NCBI GenBank assembly: GCA_964016885.1 | Contig: OZ024766.1 | Location: 2,356,001-2,420,000, forward strand | DNA from: Eledone cirrhosa | Lineage: Eukaryota | Length of the DNA stretch: 64,000 nucleotides | Direction of reading: 5' to 3' | Shown: in pieces, positions 38,864-50,619 of the stretch | Layout: each line of letters opens with the position of its first letter | How positions within the stretch are numbered: the stretch's first letter is position 1 | Made by a program: the position numbers and the translations under genes | Notes under the pieces: generated by a model | Seen by the model: the letters and a program-made list of their open reading frames with translations, nothing else | What the model was told of the DNA's origin: nothing | The model's database searches: none

Positions 38864-40527
38864 TGTAATTCTTGAAGAATTCTTAAAGTTGAGAAATATC
38901 TGTGTTTATAATATATTACAGTTCAGTTTCTTGTCTTAGATAGCATGGGACTATGTTTACATGTGTGGAAAATATACAACGTAGATATACTTTCTATATA
39001 TCCCTAACATTCTTGTAGCAAAGTGAGTCCTCTGCAAGTGCTACATATATATTGTCGTAGAGAAAAATACTTCTATTTTTTTGTTAAGAAAGGTGGCTAT
39101 AGTTAATGGATGCTATTGAGTCTAAAACAAGATGTTTTGTCTATAAATGACTGATGGCAGATGTTCTGGTGAAATAGTCGTCCTTCTACTACAGATTGTA
39201 ATCTAATATGCAATTATTGAAGAATTTCTGAAAGGACAGAATAGTTATGAGTGTAAGACTGATGTCAAGGAAAGAAAAATATGTGTGTATATATATACGA
39301 GCGTGTAACTGTATATATGTATGCGTGTGTATAGAGTCCTGGTAAATCGCGATTGTTTACCACAGAGTGTAGAAAAGTACACAATATCTGCTGTGTTAAC
39401 AATACAAATAATACGTACTTTATATTTCAAGTCCAAGTGTAAAGTCAAGAAAGACCAGGAAAGCTAATTGTTCAGATGTTGGTGATTTAAACCTATTTCT
39501 CACTGTCCTGTAAAATGTGGAACAACCAATTCACGATGTGGCGTAGTTTCTCATGAAATGAAATATTTAATCATGTAGGAGATGGAACACCTACCCTGGA
39601 ACATGTAGCTCACTCTATGTTATCTACAGAATATTAACTTTCACCTTAACATGGGATAATTGATACACAAGATATAATTTGATTAATTAAAGTTATAATT
39701 AAGATAGCAGGTACGTGGTGTCGTTGACAATGTTTCCTTCCCCTGAATAACACCGGTGTCATACGTTAAAAGTCCCTGACATCATTTAATACCTTCAGTT
39801 ATATCAATTCACTCCATCAATTGTATCCAACCCAGGGTAAAACAAGCAGCATCACTCAGTAAAATATTTATTACGTATCAACGAGGGAGTCTCTTACCTG
39901 GTTACTTGACCTGGTAGAAATAGCAGCCAAATCACACTCTACTGTCATAAAACAGGAGAAGAACATATTCAGTCATATATATATATATATATAAACACAC
40001 ACACAGTTGACCCCCGATATTTGCGGGGGCTACGTTTCGAGAGCACCAGTGAAGAGTGAAAAACCGCGAATATTGGACGTGGTTCATCAAAATGCTATAA
40101 ACATCAATATATATGTATATATATATATATATAAAAGGCAGCGTCTTATGCGGAGGGAGGTCCAAATAGGGTATATTGTTATTAATAATTTAGCGTCGAT
40201 AAAATAAAGTACCAGTAATGTACTGGTTAATTGCTGGCCTTGTGCCAAAAGTAGAAACAATTAATAATTTAGCCTTAAAAAATATGTATATTGCCACGAA
40301 AAAAGCCATAAAAATATCGTGGATGATATTTACGATTCCGCGAATATTTATTAGTTAGGTTCTAAGGGAAATCCAGCGTACAACCAGGACCGCGAATTAT
40401 ATATATATATATATATTTCCTACCCCCCCCCCCCTCATTTTTTCCCAACCTCATATATCCATCTTAGTTTATTTTTCATATGTTGATTTAAAACTTCACT
40501 GATCACAAGCTTCGTATCATGTCTCCC

Positions 40528-40598
40528 TATTTTTTCTGATGAGAACGCAGATATCATCCCATGATGATATTTGTTTTTGAATTGCGCATAATAAAATA
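40528..40598 (+). ncRNA. Degenerate hammerhead motif (GAAA read as GAAU)
   Basis: CUGAUGA, long stem II GCAGAUAUCAUC/GAUGAUAUUUGU, palindromic UGCGCA stem III, U-rich/A-rich stem I. Confidence 0.45.
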
Positions 40599-40677
40599 CT
40601 TGGAACTCTTTTAACCATCTTTTGATCTTATATTATATATAAATATATAATGAAAAAATATATATATATATATATAT

Positions 40678-40835
40678 ATTTATTAAAATAACAGATTAAA
40701 GTTTAAGCAAATAATCGCTGCTTTCACCCTTAACGGGATCTTCTGAAACAAACAAAGTTAGTTTCAGAAGATCCCGTTAAGGGTGAAAGCAGCGATTCTT
40801 TGCTTAAACTTTAATCTGTTATTTTAATAAATATT
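40678..40835. repeat. Palindromic element (~70-bp arms); copies at ~49705-49812, 55655-55762, 61985-62108, short form 26812-26900
   Basis: aatcgctgctttcacccttaacgggatcttctgaaa / tttcagaagatcccgttaagggtgaaagcagcgatt. Confidence 0.88.
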
Positions 40836-40939
40836 TGCTCTACGGTTCTTATATATTTGATATATATTTATCCTTATCGAGCTCTCTTTGGACTTTAGTC
40901 TTCACATTTATTATTATTACTATATATATATATATATAT

Positions 40940-40978
<39 letters not shown>

Positions 40979-41077
40979 TTTTAAATATAGATGAGATTCT
41001 ACAGGACTAGAACTGTTTCATTCTTTAGAAATCACCAGGAATCTCCTGTATATATATATATTTATATATATATACAT

Positions 41078-41113
<36 letters not shown>

Positions 41114-41784
41114 CATATATTTATATTTATATATATATATATATACAAATATAATTTCAGCGAGATCGCATTTCGGGTGTCGTCAAAAACAGAGCGAAAC
41201 GCAATTTTCGAGATATTTGGCAAGCGTTCAATAGACTAAAAGAAGACCATAGCAATTAATATATATATACATATATATACGTTTATATATATATTTACGT
41301 TTATATATATATTTATATATATCTATACAATTTATATATATATATATGTGCGTGTGTATGTATATATATATATATGTGTGTGTATGTATGTATATATATA
41401 TATATGTGTGTATGTATATATATATATATATGTGTGTATGTATATATATATATATATGTGTGTGTGTATGTATGTATATATATATATGTGTGTGTGTATG
41501 TATATATATATATATGTGTGTGTGTATGTATATATATATATGTGTGTGTGTATGTATATATATATATGTATGTATGTGTGTATGTATATAGGCGTTCCTT
41601 ACTTTTAGCGTCGCAATAATTGTTTCTACTTTAGGCACAAGGCCAGCAATTACCCCCCAGTGTATTACTGGCACTTTATTTTATCGACCCCGTAAGGATG
41701 AAATGCAAAGTTAAGGCAATAATGAAAGTAAATTTATTTTCATTTTCGAACGTCGTGTTTACATTTTGTGTGTGTTTAAAGGAA

Positions 41785-42502
41785 ACATGCTGGCGACGAA
41801 GCTTCTTCCTTGCACGGCTCCATGTCTTCTCTATGAGGCTTCTTCCTTGCACGGCTCCAGCTCCATGTCTTCTCTATGAGGCTTCTTCCTTGCACGGCTC
41901 CAGCTCCATGTCTTCTCTATGAGGCTTCTTCCTTGCACGGCTCCAGCTCCATGTCTTCTCTATGAGGCTTCTTCCTTGCACGGCTCCAGCTCCATGTCTT
42001 CTCTATGAGGCTTCTTCCTTGCACGGCTCCAGCTCCATGTCTTCTCTATGAGGCTTCTTCCTTGCACGGCTCCAGCTCCATGTCTTCTCTATGGGGCTTC
42101 TTCCTTGCACGGCTCCAGCTCCATGTCTTCTCTATGAGGCTTCTTCCTTGCACGGCTCCAGCTCCATGTCTTCTCTATGAGGCTTCTTCCTTGCAAGGCT
42201 CCAGCTCCATGTCTTCTCTAGAAGCTGTGTCTGCACATCAGGGTCCGCAGGATCTGCAAAGCTACAAAGTTCCGTTCGTGCACCACAACATCATGAACGT
42301 AAATCCCACCTTCAATTTCCTCAAAGTAAGCCCAACCATCGGAGGTGATGCGACTGCCTGGCAAAATCCACTTGCTCAGTGATGGGGGCGAGAGTGTCAC
42401 AGGCTTCGTTGTGGGACTTCTGCAAGGCAGCAGCATCCAGAATGGCGTTCAACGGCGCCGAAGACCCACTGGAGTGGCCTTCGTCTCCACAGACCACGAT
42501 GA
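41785..42502 (-). mobile_element. Merlin (IS1595/ISXO2-like DDE) transposase remnant with internal 43-bp minisatellite
   Basis: Across frameshifts: QWVFGAVERHSG..EVPQRS.DTLAPI..WILPGSRITSDGW..Y..HDVVVHERNFV..DPDVQTQLLEKTW / IEKTWSRARKKLRRQH. Confidence 0.8.
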
Positions 42503-42626
42503 TACTATATACATATATATATCTATATCTATATATATATATATTATTTATTTATTAAATATTTGCTCTACGGTTTTATATCTATTTATATCTATTTATA
42601 TATATATATTATCCTTATCAAGCCTT

Positions 42627-42669
<43 letters not shown>

Positions 42670-43279
42670 ACGAAGGAAATGTGGTAAGGAACCAGGTGGA
42701 CCATAACGCACCAAAGTACTCAATACTTAGGGTAGTAGAGTGGGTAATAGGAGCAAGTAAGACCCCGACGGCTGAGCTCAAGCTGTTTCGACGGCTAATT
42801 CTCAGCCGTCGGGGTCTTACTTGTTCCTATATATATATATATATATAGTAATAATAATAAATGTGAAGATATATATATACAATATATAGAGGGGAAAGAC
42901 ACAGGAGAGAGTGTTTTTCATTACCAGCGTAAGAAGAACATAAGCTACTGGAGGTGGCATTGGTAAAACATTAAAATTAAAAGTATAAATTGACATGAAA
43001 AACCATCCTCACCTAAATCCCACATGTACACACTCACCAGGAGCATGTTAGTGGGTTCCAATACGGCCCCGGTGGGTCCTCAGCATGTGGAAGGCAGATA
43101 TTGTGAGCACTACTAGAGAGAGAACTAAAGTAAACCACCCTTCGCACGTGTAGGCATAAGAGGAATGCGTGTTCGGGGGAGCGGTAACTGATGGCATGGA
43201 CAGAACAAGCTGCTAGAGATGGCAGCCTATACTATTTAATTTAAGGTGCTGAACAGCAGAGAGAGAGTGCAAGGAGCAC

Positions 43280-43625
43280 ATATCAAGTAAAAATAACGGA
43301 GCAAGGGACTCGCGTGTAATCCTGTAATTAAATGAGCTCAAAGGAAATAGTTTTCCTAGGCACTTTAAAATACAATATATAGAGGGGGAAGACACAGGAG
43401 AGTTTGTTTTTCATTACAGGAATTTCGTTTTACCAATGCCTCCTCTAGTAGCTTATATTCTTCTCACGCTGGTGGTTCGAAATTCCTGTAATGAAAAACA
43501 CACTCTCCTGTGTCTTTCCCCTCTATATATTGTATTTTAAAGTGCCCAGGAAAACTATTTCCTTTGAGCTTATTTAATTATAGGATTATACGCGAGTCCA
43601 TTGCTCCGTTATTTTTACTTGATAT
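43280..43625. repeat. Large inverted repeat (~150-bp arms, ~50-bp loop), partial third copy at 42878-42970
   Basis: 43280-43428 is the reverse complement of 43478-43625. Confidence 0.88.
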
Positions 43626-44605
43626 ATATATATATATATATATATATCATCATCACCGTTTTACGTCCGTTCTTCCAGGCTAGCTTGGGTTAGACAGATT
43701 ATCCTGTTGTGGGCAATACCAGGTCGGGTGACCTTCTCTTGCTCATACGGGAACCGATTCTGGCTTGGTTTCTACAGCTGGATACCTTTCCTAAGACCAA
43801 CCTCATTTACAGTGAGTGCTGGGTGCTTTTTTTCCGTGGCACCTACACGTCCACTTTACAGAGTGGACTGGGTGCTTTTCGTTGTGACACCTACATCACC
43901 ATTTTACAGTGTGGGCTGGGTGATATTTGTCATGAGACCTCCACTACGACTTTGGATAGGGGTGGGGGCACATTGTCTTGTTCCCGTGGAAAGTCGGGTC
44001 TTCTGTATTTCTGTGTGATATATGTATGACGGGTATCAAAATAAAAGCCTAATTTATAGAATTGATTAGGAAAAAATCAATCAATAAAAAAAAAGGAAAA
44101 GACACACATACTCCCTTACTTACACACTACAACAGGGAAAGTTGGTGTTGCTCCTAAGATTTAACATAGCAGACAAGACATTACCTCAGATGATAGAGGG
44201 ATCCTTAATTACACACACTATAGCAAGCAATGTTAGTGTTGACAAACCAAGGCTGAAATTTCTGGCATAGAATTAAAATTAATTCAAAAAGTCAAGAATA
44301 GATCAGAGAAAAATTTTAATTTCAAATGAAAATATATTTGTAAAAATGGCCAGCAATGTTTGGAGTCTATCAAACTGTCAAGTATTCACATTTGATATTG
44401 TTTAGATTTGTAAGAGGGTGTCTCCTGTTTCACAGTTAAAAACTTTCCTTCCTCTGTATGTGTGTCTAAGTAACTGTTAGAGAAAAAACATTTCCCACAT
44501 ATTTCAGAGTGTAAAAAGTTTCTAACCAGTGTGTGTTATTTTGTGTTTATTATATTCACTGTTACTAATGAAAGATTCCCCACATATTTCACACTGATAG
44601 GGTTT

Positions 44606-45745
44606 CTAACCAGTGTGTGTTCGTTTGTGACTAGTTAAAAAACTGTTTGTTACAAAAGATTTCCCACATATTTCACAATTATAGGGTTTCTCTCCAGTAT
44701 GTATTCTTTTATGTATAGTTAAATAACTGCTCTGTACAAACGCTTTTCCACATATATCACATGGATAGGGTTTCTCTCCAGTGTGTGCCCTTCTGTGAAC
44801 TATAAGAACAGCACTATCAGCAAAAGATTTCCCACATATTTCACATTTAAAAGGTTTCTCTCCCGTGTGAAGACGTATATGTCTAACAAGATTAGGTTTC
44901 TCAGCAAAAGATTCTCCACATACTTCACAGTGAAATAATTTTTCTCCACTGTGACTACGTAAATGCCTAACAAAATTTTGGCTGAAAGATTTCCCACATA
45001 TTTCACATTTGAAGGGTTTCTCTCCAGTATGTGTTCTTTTGTGGATTGCAACACGACTGTACTCAGAGAAAGATTTCCCACATATTTCACAATGATAGGG
45101 TTTCTCTCCAGTGTGTGTCCTATAGTGTCTATTTAATTCACTACTCCTGCTAAAAGCTTTCCCACATATTTCACAAGGATGGGGTTTTTCTCCAGTATGT
45201 GTTCTTTTGTGTAAAGTTAAATTATTGTTAGAAGGAAAAGATTTCCCACATATTTCACAATGATAGGGTTTCTCTCCGGTATGTATTCTTTTATGTTCAG
45301 TTAAATAACTACTTGTTACAAAAGATTTCCCACATATTTCACAATGATTGGGTTTCTCTCCAGTGTGTGTTCTATAGTGTTGAGTCACTTGACTACTACT
45401 GCCAAAAGATTTCCAACATATTTCACAATGATAGGGTTTCTCTCCAGTATGTGTTCTTTTGTGTATAGTTAAATATCTATTAGAAGCAAAAGATTTCCCA
45501 CATTCTTCACAATGGAAGGGTTTGTCTTTAATATGTATGAGTTTATGTGCAGATAATTCATCTTCTGTTGAGAAAGTTGCACTACAAATCTCACAGCTAT
45601 ATTCAGGAATATTTCCGTGTAATGATCCCTGTTCAGTACATGTTTCACCAGGTAAAGGTTTCTCACCACTGTATGCCTGTGTAACTGTATCTATATCGGT
45701 AGAAACAGGTGTGGTATACATGTCCAAGTATTTAACGTCATCCAT
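44606..45745 (-). CDS. C2H2 zinc-finger protein B, 12 fingers (13th intact finger lies behind an in-frame TAG)
   Basis: Start set at MDDVKYLDM (45745) by homology to paralogs rather than the 45910 ORF start; finger 8 has a 2-aa deletion. Confidence 0.88.
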   Translation of the reverse strand: MDDVKYLDMYTTPVSTDIDTVTQAYSGEKPLPGETCTEQGSLHGNIPEYSCEICSATFSTEDELSAHKLIHIKDKPFHCEECGKSFASNRYLTIHKRTHTGEKPYHCEICWKSFGSSSQVTQHYRTHTGEKPNHCEICGKSFVTSSYLTEHKRIHTGEKPYHCEICGKSFPSNNNLTLHKRTHTGEKPHPCEICGKAFSRSSELNRHYRTHTGEKPYHCEICGKSFSEYSRVAIHKRTHTGEKPFKCEICGKSFSQNFVRHLRSHSGEKLFHCEVCGESFAEKPNLVRHIRLHTGEKPFKCEICGKSFADSAVLIVHRRAHTGEKPYPCDICGKAFVQSSYLTIHKRIHTGEKPYNCEICGKSFVTNSFLTSHKRTHTG

Positions 45746-46959
45746 AGTAATTCTTGAAGAATTCTTCGAAGTTCTGAAGATATATAACTGTGTAAGACTG
45801 ATGTCGGTAAAGAAAGTGTAAGAGAGAGAGTGTGTGTGTTTGTGTCTTAATAAATGATGACTGTTCACCACGGAGTGTAGAAAAGTACACAATATCTGCT
45901 GTGTTAACAATACAAATAATACGTACTTTATATTTAAAGTCCAAGTGTAAAGTCAAGAAAGACCAGGGAAGCTAATTGTTCAGATGTTGGTGATTTAAAC
46001 CTATTTCTCTCTGTCCTGTAAAATGTGGAACAACCAATTCACGATGTAGCGTAGTTTCTCATGAAATGAAATATTTAATCATGTAGGAGATGGAACACCT
46101 ACCCTGGAACATGTAGCTCACTCTATGTTATCTACAGAATATTAACTTTCACTTTAACATGAGATAATTACTACACAAGATATAATTAGATTAATTAATG
46201 TTATAATAAAGATATCAGGTACATAGTATCGTTGGTAATGTTTCCTTCTGCGGAATAACACCGGTGTAATACGTTAAAAGTCCTTGACATAATTTAAGAC
46301 CTTCAGAAAGAGCTTCAGTTTTATCAATTCACTCCATCAATTGCTACATATCCAACACATCTTCCCTCTCCCAACCCTGCTTAAACACTTGCCATTACAT
46401 CACCAACACCACCACCTTCCGTGGGTACAACCGCCAATTCTTAGTAGTCCCCGACTGCTGTACCATCCTGTCTATGCGCCCCACTGCACGCTAAGGTGAA
46501 GCGAAGCAGAGTTAGTAAGTGTTGTTAGAGATGAAATAACATAAAATAAATGGTTTCGTTTAAATATAAAATTTACTCCACTTCCGTGAATAAAGGAACA
46601 AAGAATGAGATTACTTCTCGTCATAAAAATTGCCGATGTTTTTGTTGTTATTTCGTTATGGTGAAATAGAGAGTTGCAAGATGGTTGGTTAGTCGTAGCA
46701 GTAAGGTAGTAGTCCTCGCCCAGTGACAAGGGTAGGTGACGTTTTATTTTGGTGATAGAAAATTCTCTCTGTCCCCTAAGGACAGCCTATTTATACTGAT
46801 CTATGACCTCCCGCTATCTTCTCCTCCCTTGGCGTCGTTAAATCTAGCATCAGGATTCTTCATGGGTTTTTCTGTAGGTGTGGTCAAAGGTCGATTTTTA
46901 TTTGGCCCAATCTACTTTTGAAGGGTTCTTTTAAAACCCACATTCAAAATTCTCATTTA

Positions 46960-47420
46960 TAATAATTGTTTCTACTTTTGGCACAAGGCCAGCAATTACT
47001 CCAGTGTATTACTGGTACTTTATGTTATCGACCCCGTAAGGATGAAAGGCAAAGTTAACCTCGACGGGATTTGAACTCAGACCGTAAAGGGACGTAACTA
47101 TGCTGCAAAGCATAGCATCCGACCCTCTACCGATACTGCCAATTCATTCTCATTTATAATAATGAAATATTCTGTACAGTGCTCAGGTGCACTACAACTC
47201 ATCAAAGATAAGATATATATATATATATATATATATAATTGTTTCTACTTTTGGCACAAGGCCAGCAAATTAACCAGTGTATTACTGGTACTTTATTTTA
47301 TCGACCCCCGTAAGGATGAAAGGCAAAGTTAACCTCGGCGGGATTTGAACTCAGTCCGTAAAGGGACGTAACTCTGCTGCAAAGCATGGCATCCGACCCT
47401 CTACCGATACTGCCAATCCA
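46960..47420 (-). mobile_element. Two tandem SINE family 2 copies
   Basis: 46960-47143 and 47235-47420 are near-identical to each other and to 9830-10042. Confidence 0.8.
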
Positions 47421-47876
47421 GCGCCCCTGTAAATCTATTTACTGATAATAGTATAGGAAAATGTACATACTTAAATATGGAATGTTATGCGAGGCCTCTA
47501 AAATTTAACATAGCAGACAAGACATTACCTCAGGTGATAGAGGGTCCCTTAATTACACACTACAACAGGGAATGTTGGTGTTGACAAACCAAGGCTGAAT
47601 TTCTGGCATAGATTTAAAAGTAATTCAAAAAGTCAAAAATAGATCAGAAAAAGATTTTAATTTCAAATGAAAATATATTTCTAAAAATGGCCAGCAATGT
47701 TTGGAGTCTATCAAACTGTCAAGTATTCACATTTGATATTGGTGGAAAATACGTTTAGATTTGTAAGAGGAAGGGTGTCTCCTGTTTCACAGTTAAAAAC
47801 TTTCCTTCCTCTGTGTGTTTGTGTCTAACTGTTAGAGAAAAAACATTTCCCATAACTTTCACTGTGTAAAAAGTTT

Positions 47877-48764
47877 CTAACCAGTGTGTGTAATTTTGTG
47901 TTTATTATATTCACTGTTACTAATGAAAGATTCCCCACATATTTCACAGGGATAAGGTTTCTCTCCAGTGTGTGTTCGTTTGTGACTAGTTAAAAAACTG
48001 TTTGTTACAAAAGATTTCCCACATATTTCACAATTATAGGGTTTCTCTCCAGTGTGTATTCTTCTATGTACAGTTAAATAACTGCTCTGTACAAACGCTT
48101 TCCCACATATATCACATGGATAGGGTTTCTCTCCAGTGTGTGCCCTTTTGTGAACTATAAGAACAGCACTATCAGCAAAAGATTTCCCACATATTTCACA
48201 TTTAAAAGGTTTCTCTCCTGTGTGAAGACGTATATGTCTAACAAGATTAGTTTTCTCAGCAAAAGAATTCCCACATACTTCACAGTGAAATAGTTTTTCG
48301 CCACTGTGTCTACGTAAATGCCTAACAAAATTCTGGCTGAAAGATTTCCCACATATTTCACATTTGAAGGGTTTCTCTCCAGTATGTGTTCTTTTGTGAA
48401 CTGCAAGACCACCGAACTCAGTGAAAGATTTCCCACATATTTCACAATGATAGGGTTTCTCTCCAGTGTGTCTTCTATAGTGTCGAGTCAATTGACTACT
48501 CCTGCCAAAAGATTTCCCACATATGTCACAATGATAGGGTTTGTCTTTAATATGTATGAGGTTGTGTGTAGATAATTCATCTTCTGATGAAAAAGTTTTC
48601 ATACAAATCTCACAGCTATATTCAGGAATATTTCCGTGTAATGATCCTTGTTCAGTACATGTTTCACTAGGTAAAGGTTTCTCACCACTGTATGTCTGTG
48701 TAACTGTATCTATATCGGTAGAAACAGGTGTGGTATACATGTCCAAGTATTTAACGCCCTCCAT
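47877..48764 (-). CDS. C2H2 zinc-finger protein C, 9 fingers, 295 aa
   Basis: Intact ORF, TGEKP linkers; finger 4 carries the same 2-aa deletion as gene B finger 8. Confidence 0.92.
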   Translation of the reverse strand: MEGVKYLDMYTTPVSTDIDTVTQTYSGEKPLPSETCTEQGSLHGNIPEYSCEICMKTFSSEDELSTHNLIHIKDKPYHCDICGKSFGRSSQLTRHYRRHTGEKPYHCEICGKSFTEFGGLAVHKRTHTGEKPFKCEICGKSFSQNFVRHLRRHSGEKLFHCEVCGNSFAEKTNLVRHIRLHTGEKPFKCEICGKSFADSAVLIVHKRAHTGEKPYPCDICGKAFVQSSYLTVHRRIHTGEKPYNCEICGKSFVTNSFLTSHKRTHTGEKPYPCEICGESFISNSEYNKHKITHTG

Positions 48765-49493
48765 AGTAATTCTTGAAGAATTCTTCGAAGTTCTGAAGAT
48801 ATATAACTGTGTAAGACTGATGTCGGTATAAGAAAGAGGGAGTCTGTGTTTGTTTGTGTCTTAATAAATCAGGATTGTTCACCACGGAATGTAGAAAAGT
48901 ACACAATATCTGCTGTGTTAACAATACAAATAATACGCACTTTATATTTCAAGTCCAAGTGTAAAGTCAAGAAAGACCAGGAAAGCTAATTGTTCAGATG
49001 TTGGTGATTTAAACCTATTTCTCACTGTCCTGTAACATGTGGAACAACCAATTCACGATGTAGCGTAGTTTCTCATGAAATGAAATATTTAATCATGTAG
49101 GAGATGGAACACCTACCCTGGAACATGTAGCTCACTCTATGTTATCTACAGAATATTAACTGTCACCTTAACATGAGATAATTGCTACACAAGATATAAT
49201 TAGATTAATTAAAGTTATAATTAAGATAGCTGGTACGTAGTGTCGTTGGTAATGTTTCACTCTCCTGAATAACACCGGTGTAATACGTTAAAGGTCCCTG
49301 ACATAATTTAAGACCTTCAGTTATATCAATTCACTCCATCAATTGTATCCAACCCATGGTAAAACAAGCAGCATCACTCAGTGAAATATTTATGACGCAT
49401 CAAGGAGGGGTTCTCCTACCTGGTTATTGTCTTGGTAGAAATAGCAGCTAAATCACACTCTACTGTCATAAAACAGAGGAAGAACACATTCAG

Positions 49494-49550
<57 letters not shown>

Positions 49551-50084
49551 CACACACAGTTGACCCCCGGTATTTGCGGGAGCTACGTTCCGAGAGCACC
49601 AGTGAAGAGTGAAAAACCGCGAATATTGGGCGTGGTTCATAAAAATGCAATAAAGATCAATATATATATATTTATATTTATTTTTTTTAAATAATACATT
49701 AAAGCATAGAATCGCTGCTTTCACCCTTAACGGGATTTTCTGAAAGAGTTTCAGAAAATCCCGTTAAGTGTGAAAGCAGCGATTCTTTGTTTTAATCTGT
49801 TATTCTAATAAATATTTGCTCTACGGTTTTCTATCTATTATCCTTCGGATTTTGGTCTTCACATTTATTATTATTACCATATATATACCATCATCCTCAA
49901 CATCACCGTTTTACGTCCGTTCTTCCAGGCTAGCATGGGTTAGACGGGTTGTCCTGTTGTGGGCAATACCAGGTCGGGTGACCTTCTCTTGCTCATACGG
50001 GAACTGATTCTGGCTTGGTTTCTACAGCTGGATGCCCTTCCTAACACCAACCTCATTTACAGTGAGTGCTGGGTGCTTTTTTTC

Positions 50085-50552
50085 GTGGCACCTCCACGTC
50101 CACTTTACAGAGTGGACTGGGTGCTTTTTGTTGTGACACCTACATCACCACTTTACAGTGTGGACTGGGTACTTGTTGTTGTGACACCTACATCACCACT
50201 TTACAGTGTGGACTGGGTACTTGTTGTTGTGACACCTACATCACCACTTCACAGTGTGGACTGGGTGCTTGTTGTTGTGACACCTACATCACCACTTTAC
50301 AGTGTGGACTGGGTACTTGTTGTTGTGACACCTACATCACCACTTTACAGTGTGGACTGGGTACTTGTTGTTGTGACACCTACATGACCACTTTACAGTG
50401 TGGACTGGGTACTTTTTGTTGTGACACCTACATCACCACTTTACAGTGTGGACTGGGTACTTGTTGTGACACCTACATCACCACTTTACAGTGTGGACTG
50501 GGTGCTTTTTGTTGTGACACCTACATGACCACTTTACAGAGTGGACTGGGTG
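50085..50552. repeat. 48-bp SINE-internal minisatellite (duplication unit 1); paralogs 56035-56550, 62382-62518, 43840-43922
   Basis: Unit gtgacacctacatcaccactttacagtgtggactgggtacttgttgtt. Confidence 0.92.
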
Positions 50553-50619
50553 ATATTTGTCATGAGACCTCCACAACCACTTTGGAGGGGTGGGGGCACA
50601 TTGTCTATATGCTTTGGCT

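Noticed and set aside
37889-38939. Antisense and alternate-frame ORFs over the ZNF genes
   Set aside because: Shadow frames of periodic zinc-finger codons
45746-45910. N-terminal extension of ZNF B in the ORF track
   Set aside because: Paralogs start at the MD/EGVKYLDM Met, and a pyrimidine-tract AG acceptor lies just upstream, so the extension is probably intronic
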